Shown here piece after piece: positions 1-8,063 of a stretch of DNA of 32,000 nucleotides (positions within the stretch are counted from its first letter, which is position 1; the number at the start of each line of letters is the position of its first letter). The notes beneath the pieces were generated by a model. It did no database searches. It saw only the letters and a program-made list of their open reading frames with translations, and was not told where the DNA came from. The DNA lies in the NCBI RefSeq assembly GCF_018398935.1, contig NZ_CP074694.1, positions 4,080,001 to 4,112,000 on the forward strand. The letters run 5' to 3'. This DNA comes from Telmatocola sphagniphila. Lineage in GTDB: Bacteria; Planctomycetota; Planctomycetia; Gemmatales; Gemmataceae. A program made the position numbers and the translations under genes.

Positions 1-1614
1 GACGATCCCCAGGCGATCACCCAGATCGTCAACGCCGTGCAGGACGCCTATTTTCGAGAAGTGGTCGAGGACGAACAGCGTCGTAAGAAGCTTCGCCTCA
101 ACCGGCTTGAAGAAACGGTTCACCGCATGAAAGACGAGGTGGAGACCCGTCAGAAACTGGTGCCGCCGGGTACGCCGCTCAAGGTGAGTTCTCAGGTGGT
201 ACCGCAACTCGCGGCTAATCAGGTAGTACGCATCAAAGAAATGCTGGCGAATTCTGACTCCGCGATTCGCGCTCAGGAAGACAAGATCACGGGACTGCAG
301 AAACGATTCAACCAGCCTCGTTCGGAGTGGATTGATCCACCGAATATTCTGGAACTCCTGGATCGGGACACGGACATCCAGAAACGCAACGAACGTATGC
401 AGAGCGTGCAAATTCGCATTGATGAGTACAAGCGGGTCTTCCAGAACTTGGATACCACCCAGTTCAAAGAACTGCAGGAGAAGTTGATCGAGGAAACAAA
501 ATTGAGGGATGAACTCCGCGAAAAGAGACTGAACGAATATCGCGCGGCCCACATCCCACTGCTCAGTCAGCAACTCAAACGTCAGTATGACGAGGCCAAA
601 GAGCTCCTCGCTCAACAACGGCACTACAAGAGGGAATTGGAAAAGCAGCTTTCCGAATACCAGGGGATGCTGGACTCCGAACTCGCCAGTAACGAGAAAC
701 CACTCGACTATACCGTCTTAGAAATTCAGGATCGGCAGAATATCATCACCAACCTGATCGACCGCTCCAATCTTTTGAGAATTGAATTGGATGCTCCGGC
801 TCGGGTCCGTCCCCTTCAACCGGCCATCGTTCCTCAAAAACGAGATTACCGTCGACAGATTCTCGGTAGCATCGTTGCCGCGCTTTTCGGGTTCGGTCTG
901 ATTTCGTTCAGCGTCGTGGCCTATGAATCGGCTCTCAAACGAACGACTGCGAGTGCCGATCTGACTCGGTTGGCTCCGATTCTGGGCGTGATTCCTGAAG
1001 TTCTCAATCGGCCGCGTGTAGAAGAGTCGCTCGATAAACTTCGCGGATTGCTCGTCGAACAGGTGAGTCCGAACAGCCGGTTGATCGTGGTTAGCAGTGC
1101 TCGCGAGGAAGACGGCAAGAATTATCTGAGCTGGCAATTGGCTCTTAGCTTCGAACGCGCAGGCGTAAAAACGCTGCTGGTCGATTTCGACCTCCGCCAA
1201 CCCCGGCTTCATCGCTTCTGCAAGACCGATAACGACGGGGGCGTCTGCGATCTCTTAATCGATAACTATGACGTCCGAGCCCATATTCGAACCGCGCCCG
1301 ATGGCCTGGCTTTCCTGCCAGCAGGGGCCTGGTGCGATCTGGTGCGCCGGGAACTGGTGCCCGATCGTTTGGAATCCTTCTTCCAGCGACTTCGCCAGGC
1401 ATTCGATGTGATCGTCGTGAATACTCATCCGGTACTGAATGTCGCCGAGACCTACCCGATCGCCAAATTTGCCGATGCGATTCTGTTGAGCGTGAAAAAA
1501 CATCACAGCCGGCTGGAATTGATCGAGCGGGCCAAGGATAAAATTGTCGGCCTCACGCCTTCGCTGTTTGGCTTGGTCCTCAATGGCGGCAATGAAAACG
1601 AGTGCTGGAACTAG
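1..1614 (+). CDS. Polysaccharide chain-length determinant fused to a BY-kinase-like P-loop domain (Wzc/GumC/EpsF-EpsG type); 5' end cut by the window edge
   Basis: Frame 1 is open from base 1 (DDPQAITQIVNAVQDAYF...), so the GTG at 37 in the ORF track is probably not the true start. The protein has a long charged, coiled-coil-like region, then a TM segment (ILGSIVAALFGFGLISFSVVAY), then a C-terminal domain carrying the BY-kinase Walker A' motif LLVDFDLRQP and Walker A/B-like motifs. This architecture matches Wzz/GumC fused to a CpsD/EpsG-like ATPase. Confidence 0.75.
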   Translation, partial: DDPQAITQIVNAVQDAYFREVVEDEQRRKKLRLNRLEETVHRMKDEVETRQKLVPPGTPLKVSSQVVPQLAANQVVRIKEMLANSDSAIRAQEDKITGLQKRFNQPRSEWIDPPNILELLDRDTDIQKRNERMQSVQIRIDEYKRVFQNLDTTQFKELQEKLIEETKLRDELREKRLNEYRAAHIPLLSQQLKRQYDEAKELLAQQRHYKRELEKQLSEYQGMLDSELASNEKPLDYTVLEIQDRQNIITNLIDRSNLLRIELDAPARVRPLQPAIVPQKRDYRRQILGSIVAALFGFGLISFSVVAYESALKRTTASADLTRLAPILGVIPEVLNRPRVEESLDKLRGLLVEQVSPNSRLIVVSSAREEDGKNYLSWQLALSFERAGVKTLLVDFDLRQPRLHRFCKTDNDGGVCDLLIDNYDVRAHIRTAPDGLAFLPAGAWCDLVRRELVPDRLESFFQRLRQAFDVIVVNTHPVLNVAETYPIAKFADAILLSVKKHHSRLELIERAKDKIVGLTPSLFGLVLNGGNENECWN

Positions 1615-1618
1615 AGCT

Positions 1619-2233
1619 ATGAAACCGCAAGCGTTCTTCATCCTGGCAATCGTCCTGGTCGGCAGTAGTCTGGTCCACGGCCATTACTCCGGCCGCTGGG
1701 AAGATTTCACCGAAATCCGACCTGTACTGAATCAGTTGCCTGAGCATATGGGGGACTGGACCCCGGGAAATTTTTTGAAAATCGATAGTCGGGAGCTGGC
1801 TTTTCAATCCTCGGCCGAGCATCGCATCATCCGGCACGTTCCCTCCAACCGTAATATCGTTCTATCGCTGACGAGTGGCCGTCCTGCCGTGGTGGCCGTG
1901 CACACCCCCGATGTCTGTTACGTCGGCTCCGGGTTCCAGGCAATGACGCAGGCACGAAGAGTGGAAGTGCCGACCGAACAAGGACCTGCTACCCTCTGGT
2001 GCTGCGATTTTCAGAAAAATGAAGAGCGCATTCGCGTCTACTGGAGCTGGAGCGACGGCAGTCGCTGGCAAGCCCCGGATTCTCCCCGCTGGCAGTTTGC
2101 CCGCACGTTGAGACTATGGAAGTTGTATGTCGTGCATCCCCTGGAAACGGGGGATGATTGGACGGTAAATGAAGATTCGCTCAACAGTGCATCGCCCCTG
2201 CTGAACGCCCTCTCAGCGGCAATACGACGTTAA
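1619..2233 (+). CDS. EpsI-family (exosortase-associated) protein
   Basis: An ATG at 1619 gives MKPQAFFILAIVLVGSSLV..., an N-terminal TM or signal anchor, 4 nt after the upstream stop. The motifs LPEHMGDWTP and VHTPDVCYVGSGFQ fit the EpsI hallmark H-x-P-x-x-C-x-x-G-x-G-[WF], and VYWSWSDG follows. The longer 1544 start overlaps the upstream gene and is unlikely. Confidence 0.7.
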   Translation: MKPQAFFILAIVLVGSSLVHGHYSGRWEDFTEIRPVLNQLPEHMGDWTPGNFLKIDSRELAFQSSAEHRIIRHVPSNRNIVLSLTSGRPAVVAVHTPDVCYVGSGFQAMTQARRVEVPTEQGPATLWCCDFQKNEERIRVYWSWSDGSRWQAPDSPRWQFARTLRLWKLYVVHPLETGDDWTVNEDSLNSASPLLNALSAAIRR

Positions 2234-2244
2234 CGAGAAATCGC

Positions 2245-2976
2245 ATGGAAGCGACTATAGAACCCGAAATAGAGCAACGCCGTAAGTCCGTACTGGGCCG
2301 GCGTTCTTTACTTTCAGCGGCCGCGAAAGGTCCACTGCCGGAAGTGCATCTTCCGTTCGCGTTGAAACTTTATTCGAGCAAACGATTTCTGGATGTGATG
2401 CTGGCAGTGCCGCTTTTGATTCTCTCTCTCCCCCTGATGTTCCTCTGCGGTATTTGGATTAAGCTGGTTTCTCTGGGACCGGTGATCTACACGCAAGTCC
2501 GGCTTGGCCTGAAAGGCAAACCTTACACGATCTACAAGTTGCGAACGATGCTGGTCGACTGCGAAAAAGCCACGGGCCCCATCTGGTCCCCGGCCGATGA
2601 TCGACGGATCATTTGGGGAGGACAATTTCTCCGTCGCTGGCACCTGGATGAATTGCCGCAGCTCTGGAATGTAATTATCGGAGATATGTCACTCATCGGG
2701 CCGCGTCCCGAACGACCGGAAATCATTCTGGAACTGCAGAAAGATATACCGGAAGTCACGCAGCGACTAGCCGTGCGGCCGGGAATCACAGGTTTAGCGC
2801 AGGTGACCTTGCCCCCCGATAACACCGTTTTAGCCTTCCGCCGTAAGACCGAACTCGATCTTCAGTACATTCGCGAAGGATGTTTGGATCTCGATTTGCA
2901 GATTCTGACCTGGACCTTTTTGAAAGAAATGGGGCTCCGGCAGAATTGGATCTACCCGCGTGTGCAGCATGGCTAG
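2245..2976 (+). CDS. Polyprenyl-phosphate sugar phosphotransferase (bacterial sugar transferase family, WbaP/EpsB-like priming enzyme)
   Basis: Family motifs are present: RFLDVMLAVPLLILSLPLMFLCGIWIKLVSLGPVIYTQVRLGLKGKPYTIYKLRTM, DELPQLWNVIIGDMSLIGPRPERPE and VRPGITGLAQV. The start lies 11 nt after the EpsI stop. Confidence 0.9.
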   Translation: MEATIEPEIEQRRKSVLGRRSLLSAAAKGPLPEVHLPFALKLYSSKRFLDVMLAVPLLILSLPLMFLCGIWIKLVSLGPVIYTQVRLGLKGKPYTIYKLRTMLVDCEKATGPIWSPADDRRIIWGGQFLRRWHLDELPQLWNVIIGDMSLIGPRPERPEIILELQKDIPEVTQRLAVRPGITGLAQVTLPPDNTVLAFRRKTELDLQYIREGCLDLDLQILTWTFLKEMGLRQNWIYPRVQHG

Positions 2977-4084
2977 CAATCGCCCGACAATTTCGGTTTT
3001 ACTTCCCGTGCGTAATGAAGGTCGGTTTCTGTGCAAAACGCTGGAATCCCTTCAGCAACAGGACTTGGGCGATGGCGAATTCGAAATTCTTCTGGCCGAT
3101 GGCGATTCGACCGATAACACGCTGGAGATCGCCCGGAAGATCGGCAAAACTTGTCCGCAATTGCGTATTTTTTCCAATCCTGAGCGCTGGTCGAGTGTTG
3201 GCCGGAACATGGGAATTCAAAATGCCCACGGCCAGTACCTGATTGTCATCGATGGGCACTGTGAGATCCCGTCGAAAGACTATCTTCGCCGGGTGATCGA
3301 AGTGTTCGAACAGACCGGCGCAGACTCTCTTGGCCGGCCTCAACCGCTGCGTTGTTCTAAGCCCACTTATTTCCAAGTGGCCGTGCAGAAGGCCCGAACC
3401 AGCTGGTTGGGACACAATCCCGATTCGGCCGTGTTCTCCCGCAAGGCAAAGTTTCTTAAAGCGGAAAATGTGGCGGTGGCTTATCGCCGCGAAGTGTTCG
3501 ATCAGATCGGCTTGTTCGATGAAAAATTCGACGTTTGCGAAGATGTGGATTTCAATCGTCGTCTCGATGCGGCGGGCTTGACCTGTTATTTTTCTCCGAA
3601 AATTGGAATCGATTATCGGCCCCGCAGCAGTATTGCCGCGTTATTCCGACAGATGTTTCGGTATGGAGTCGGTCGAGCCCGACTGGCTCGTAAAGATTCC
3701 CAATCACTGACCGTAGCCGCCCTGGCGCCGCCTCTATTCGTCATCGCCTTGATCTTGGCACCGGCTATTGCCTGGGCTTCCTCTCTCGGAACGTTACTCG
3801 CCTTGATTTTTTGGGGAAGCTATCTGGGCTGCACCGCCTGGGAAGCCCTCCGAAAAAGTGCTCGACAGCCACTGCCCGGCTTGTTGATGCCCTGTGTGTT
3901 TCTAGCCATCCACTGCGGGTTCGGATTTGGTTTTTGGGCGGAAATGCTCACGCCACGGTGGAGATTCCGGTTGCCGAAACAGTATCAAAATTCTCGCGTG
4001 GTTTCTTTCGAGACCAGCACTCATATCCTCTCGGAAATTGACCCCGCATCCGCAAATAAACGACTGCCTTCAGAAGAGGATTAA
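2969..4084 (+). CDS. Family 2 glycosyltransferase with C-terminal transmembrane segments
   Basis: GT-A N-terminus: ISVLLPVRNEGRFLCKTLESLQQQD...FEILLADGDSTDNT, and a CEDVDF (DxD-like) motif. The C-terminal third is hydrophobic (LTVAALAPPLFVIALILAPAIAWA..., LLMPCVFLAIHCGFGFGFW). I prefer the ATG at 2969, which overlaps the upstream stop by 8 nt, over the GTG at 2960. Confidence 0.85.
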   Translation: MASNRPTISVLLPVRNEGRFLCKTLESLQQQDLGDGEFEILLADGDSTDNTLEIARKIGKTCPQLRIFSNPERWSSVGRNMGIQNAHGQYLIVIDGHCEIPSKDYLRRVIEVFEQTGADSLGRPQPLRCSKPTYFQVAVQKARTSWLGHNPDSAVFSRKAKFLKAENVAVAYRREVFDQIGLFDEKFDVCEDVDFNRRLDAAGLTCYFSPKIGIDYRPRSSIAALFRQMFRYGVGRARLARKDSQSLTVAALAPPLFVIALILAPAIAWASSLGTLLALIFWGSYLGCTAWEALRKSARQPLPGLLMPCVFLAIHCGFGFGFWAEMLTPRWRFRLPKQYQNSRVVSFETSTHILSEIDPASANKRLPSEED

Positions 4085-4386
4085 CTGGGATTCCCAAGAA
4101 CGCTGAGAATCTCCACAAGTTTTTGCCATTCGCTGGTGAGCTGAGCATCGGCATTACCCCAAATGACGCAATCGAGGCTATGACCGTTTTTTCGGAGCGT
4201 CATCATTCCCGCCGTCGTGCTGAATCGGATTTCCTTCCAGCCATCCTCCGGCTCTTCATTGGGAAAAGCGGGAAGATTATCGATCATTTTAATGGCTAGC
4301 GGCAAAAGTGCTTTCGCAGCCGCCGCCTGGATCGCCGACCAGGAAGGTATGCCCTGACTAAATGAAACCGACTTTGACATCCCCAT
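4081..4386 (-). CDS. Hypothetical soluble protein (about 101 aa), no recognisable family
   Basis: The ORF track starts at a TTG at 4422. The ATG at 4386 is preceded by AAGGAAG (SD-like) about 6 nt upstream and lies 44 nt after the RND stop. No TM segment or signal peptide. The product is MGMSKSVSFSQGIPSW...EWQKLVEILSVLGNPS. Confidence 0.45.
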   Translation of the reverse strand: MGMSKSVSFSQGIPSWSAIQAAAAKALLPLAIKMIDNLPAFPNEEPEDGWKEIRFSTTAGMMTLRKNGHSLDCVIWGNADAQLTSEWQKLVEILSVLGNPS

Positions 4387-4430
4387 CAAATCTTCCTTTT
4401 GGAATGCAATCCCGTTGGACAACTTTCATT

Positions 4431-7400
4431 TTAGGGATGAGCGGTCGAAGGATCATAGTGACTGCTGGCCGGATCGTAGGGATCCAGCGACGCACTCTCG
4501 ATTCCCGAACGGCCTCGCAACAAAGCGAATATCGATGGCAATAACAGCAGCGTGGAAAGTGTCGAAAAAATCAAGCCGCCGATAACTGCCAAGCCGAGCG
4601 GCTTCGCTTGCTCGCCTCCTTCGGTGAAACCGAACCCCATCGGTACCATCCCGACCAACATGGCACAACTGGTCATCAAAATAGCCCGGAATCGGGCTTT
4701 AGCTCCGTCCCGGGCAGCCGCGCGTGCATCGCCGCCATTAGCCCGGCGTGCCCGTTCCGCAAAGGTCACCAGTAGGATGGCATTTGCAGTCGCAACCCCC
4801 ATGACCATGATTGCACCCATGAAAGATTGCAGATTTAAAGTGTTGCCGCTGATCCAGAGAATCAGGCCTACACCCGTCAACGCGGCCGGGATGGAAGTGA
4901 CGGAAATCAACCCCAGTATAAACGATTGGAAGTAGGCACTGAGCAAAAGAAAGATGATCAAAATTGCCATCAACAAACCAAAGCTTAGTCCTTTTATAAT
5001 CTGGCTGAGCGGTTCGAGTTGCCCACGGATATCGACGATCAGGCCGCGCGGCTTTTCACCCGCCGCCACGATCGCTCTTTCCACATCCTTCCTCAGACGG
5101 CCCAGGTCTTCTCCCTCTACGTTGGCCACAAGGCTGATATACCGCCGCATGTTGTAGCGATCGATTTCACCGGCAGTCACCTTTTCCGTGACCGTGGCCA
5201 CATCCCGAAGCAGCAGCGAAGGCCTGTCCATCGTGTCCGACATGCTGATGTCGCCGCCGTGGTTGTTACTTCGAACCACGGTCATTCCCAGTTCCTTGCT
5301 GGAATTCATCTTCTGAATCGGCACTTGAATCTGAATCAGATAAGAGTGGCCGGTTGCGGGATCGGGCCAGTAGATCGGTCGCATGAATCGGCTGGAGGAC
5401 GTGGCGGCGATCAGTGCATTCGAGATATTCTCGGTGGTCAAATTGCTCATAGCCGCCTTTTGTCGATCGATCTTCACATCGATGGTGGGATAATCCTGCG
5501 GTTGAACGGACTTGAGATCGCGTAAGGCTTTAATCTTCGACAATTGCTGGCGAACTTTTTCTGCATATTCGATGCTGTCCGCGATCTTCGGGCTGCTGAT
5601 CACGATCTCCAGCGGCGTGGGAGCACCAAAACTCATCACCTCGTTGATGATGTCGGCCGGCTCAAAAGAGAGTTGCAATTTATTCAGACGATTTTCGATT
5701 TCCTGACTACTCAATCCTTCCAGGGTCCATTGATTCGTCAGCCAGACACCCAATTTCTGGGGCAGCACCGACCGAAGTTTTTCTTTCATGGCGGCCAAGT
5801 CGTTTTTCGCCTCCGCCTTCAAGGCCACCTTCATAAAGGCTTCTTCCGGCCCGCTAGTCCACTGGTAAAGTGCCTGTACCGGATAGGAGCTGGGTATCAT
5901 CCCAACGTAACCGACACTGTTGGCGATATTGTTGGCACCGATCTCTTCTTTTAGGATCTTGAGAGCCTGCTGCATGATTTCTTCGGTTCTCTCGATCCGA
6001 GTACCCGTTGGAGCGCGCAGTCGGAGCTGGAACTGACCGTTGTCGGAGCGTGGGAAAATATCGAGTCCTACTTGCGTGGTCAGAAAGAAAATTGCCAGCC
6101 CAGCTGCAGCCAGATAAATAGGAACCACCAGGAAGCGGAGTCGAATGGTCGAGTTCAACAGAAACTGATAAATGCGTGAATCGCTCGGCTTATCGGCTTC
6201 GAAATGTTTATGATTCTTCAGCAACCAGACCGACACAACGGGGACGAAAGTGGAAGAGAGCATGTAGGAAGCGATCATGGCGAAACCGACGGCCAGAGAC
6301 AACGGGATAAAAAGAGCTTTGGCCGAGCCTTCCATGAAGAAAGAAGGTAAAAAGACCGCCAGGATGCAGAGCATCGCCAGCAGACGAGGAACCGCCGTTT
6401 CGGCATTTCCTCTTCGTACCGCCTGGGCAATGCTGTCCGTTTTCTCCATCTGCGTATGAATGTTTTCCACTTCCACAGTCGCTTCATCGACGAGAATACC
6501 GACGGCCAGAGCGAGACCGCCGAGCGACATGATGTTGATTGTGTTACCCGACAGCCAGAGCCCAATCACGGCGGCAAGAATTGCTAGCGGAATATTCAAC
6601 ACCACGACAATCACACTGCGCCAATCTTTCAGGAAAATCAGCACCATCAAACCGGTAAGCATGGCTCCAATGGCCCCTTCGATGCCTACTCCCCACATGG
6701 CATTCGTTACGATCGGCGACTGGTCGAAAATGAAATCGAGCTTCACATCTTCGGGTACCGTTTCCCGCAGCCTCGGCAACTCGGCCTTCAGGCGATTCAC
6801 CACATCCAGAGTGGAAGCATTCGCCCTTTTGGTCACCAGCATATAGTTCGAGCGCCGGCCATCGACGAGAACGTAACCCGTGGCAATATCGCTGGTGTGA
6901 TCGTTTATATCGGCAACATCGCGCAGAAAGACCGGTTTGAGGCCCGTTCGAACAGCAATGTCGCCCAATTCTTTCGCAGGGGATTTACCCACCGCGGCGT
7001 TGGTATTGACCAGGTACATCAGGTCGTTCACGCGCACATTGCCCGGTGGAACGATGGGATTACCACTTGCGACGGCATTCGTGACATCTTCGGGAGTCAG
7101 GTTCAACGACCGGAGTTTTTCTGGATCAAGTCCGATTACTACCGCTTTCTGATTTCCGCCGAAAGCTGGTGGCGACGAGATCCCATCGATACTGGCGAAC
7201 ATCGGCCGAACCCGCTGCGTGGCAAAATCCTGAATCTCCGTGATCGATCGCGATTCGCTGGAAATGACCAGATAGCCGACGACGGCAGTGTCGGTATCGA
7301 CACGGGCAACGAAGGGCGGCACCGAGCCCGGCGGCATGAAAGCCCGCGCTCGGTTGACGGCCGCCACAACTTCACTCATCGCCTGGGGCATATCCGTACC

Positions 7401-7691
7401 GGGCTGGAAGTAGACTTTTAATAAGGCGTAAGATTGAATGTTTTTGGCTTCAACGTGATGGATACCATTTACATAAAAGAAATGAGATTCAAAGAAGTAA
7501 GTCATCAGTGCTTCAATTTGCGGGGGGCTCATGCCGCCGTAAGGTTGAGCGATGACGATAGAGGGTAAATTCAATGAAGGGAAAACGTCCACTTTGACGC
7601 GGCTTCCCGCCAAAATAGAACCCGAAATGATGGCCAAAACACCTACGAGCACGGTGATCGGATGGCGAAGAGCAAACTGGATTGGGTTCAT
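4431..7691 (-). CDS. RND-superfamily efflux transporter permease (AcrB/AcrD/AcrF-like, 1086 aa)
   Basis: The length and the N-terminus MNPIQFALRHPITVLVGVLAII are typical. It has the 12-TM two-repeat layout with two large periplasmic loops. The TM4 motif GILVDEATVEVENIH corresponds to the AcrB VDDAIVVVEN proton-relay segment. Confidence 0.92.
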   Translation of the reverse strand: MNPIQFALRHPITVLVGVLAIISGSILAGSRVKVDVFPSLNLPSIVIAQPYGGMSPPQIEALMTYFFESHFFYVNGIHHVEAKNIQSYALLKVYFQPGTDMPQAMSEVVAAVNRARAFMPPGSVPPFVARVDTDTAVVGYLVISSESRSITEIQDFATQRVRPMFASIDGISSPPAFGGNQKAVVIGLDPEKLRSLNLTPEDVTNAVASGNPIVPPGNVRVNDLMYLVNTNAAVGKSPAKELGDIAVRTGLKPVFLRDVADINDHTSDIATGYVLVDGRRSNYMLVTKRANASTLDVVNRLKAELPRLRETVPEDVKLDFIFDQSPIVTNAMWGVGIEGAIGAMLTGLMVLIFLKDWRSVIVVVLNIPLAILAAVIGLWLSGNTINIMSLGGLALAVGILVDEATVEVENIHTQMEKTDSIAQAVRRGNAETAVPRLLAMLCILAVFLPSFFMEGSAKALFIPLSLAVGFAMIASYMLSSTFVPVVSVWLLKNHKHFEADKPSDSRIYQFLLNSTIRLRFLVVPIYLAAAGLAIFFLTTQVGLDIFPRSDNGQFQLRLRAPTGTRIERTEEIMQQALKILKEEIGANNIANSVGYVGMIPSSYPVQALYQWTSGPEEAFMKVALKAEAKNDLAAMKEKLRSVLPQKLGVWLTNQWTLEGLSSQEIENRLNKLQLSFEPADIINEVMSFGAPTPLEIVISSPKIADSIEYAEKVRQQLSKIKALRDLKSVQPQDYPTIDVKIDRQKAAMSNLTTENISNALIAATSSSRFMRPIYWPDPATGHSYLIQIQVPIQKMNSSKELGMTVVRSNNHGGDISMSDTMDRPSLLLRDVATVTEKVTAGEIDRYNMRRYISLVANVEGEDLGRLRKDVERAIVAAGEKPRGLIVDIRGQLEPLSQIIKGLSFGLLMAILIIFLLLSAYFQSFILGLISVTSIPAALTGVGLILWISGNTLNLQSFMGAIMVMGVATANAILLVTFAERARRANGGDARAAARDGAKARFRAILMTSCAMLVGMVPMGFGFTEGGEQAKPLGLAVIGGLIFSTLSTLLLLPSIFALLRGRSGIESASLDPYDPASSHYDPSTAHP

Positions 7692-8063
7692 ATCTGAAAG
7701 AACAAAAATTAGGTTCGTCAGCGCGAATTGACTACGCGGACGGTGAAACTCGGCCGGGTTACATCTTTATACTAACTGCCGACACATTTAGATCTGGTCG
7801 AAATCCGTTCAGCTTTCCCAGAAGTTCCGGTATAACTCCCAGGTTTCCCAATCTTCCGGGTTTGACGAGTAATCTCAAATTAGGGAGAAATTGGCCCACC
7901 GGGATACTCATTGAATGTTATCATGATAGTTTTTAATCTCTCAATGCGGATAAAGTGGGTAATCTGTAGAAAGATGAGAGACATCGAGACGCTCAGCAAG
8001 GAATCAGCCAGCGTTACCAATCGCACAGGACCAGCCGCGATGCGGGACGGAGGTTTTTCGGCC

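Noticed and set aside
5019-7421. Several 130-175-aa plus-strand ORFs inside the RND permease gene
   Set aside because: They are antisense to a continuous 1086-aa RND ORF. The products are Arg/His/Gly-rich and non-hydrophobic.
7911-8063. N-terminal extensions offered by the ORF track (FabF from 7911, DUF1559 from 19712, EpsI from 1544, gltB from 17342, DksA-like from 10203, DUF3500-like from 19497)
   Set aside because: In each case an internal ATG sits behind a clear SD-like motif and reproduces the canonical family N-terminus. The extensions are AT-rich or overlap the upstream gene, and they have non-protein-like composition.
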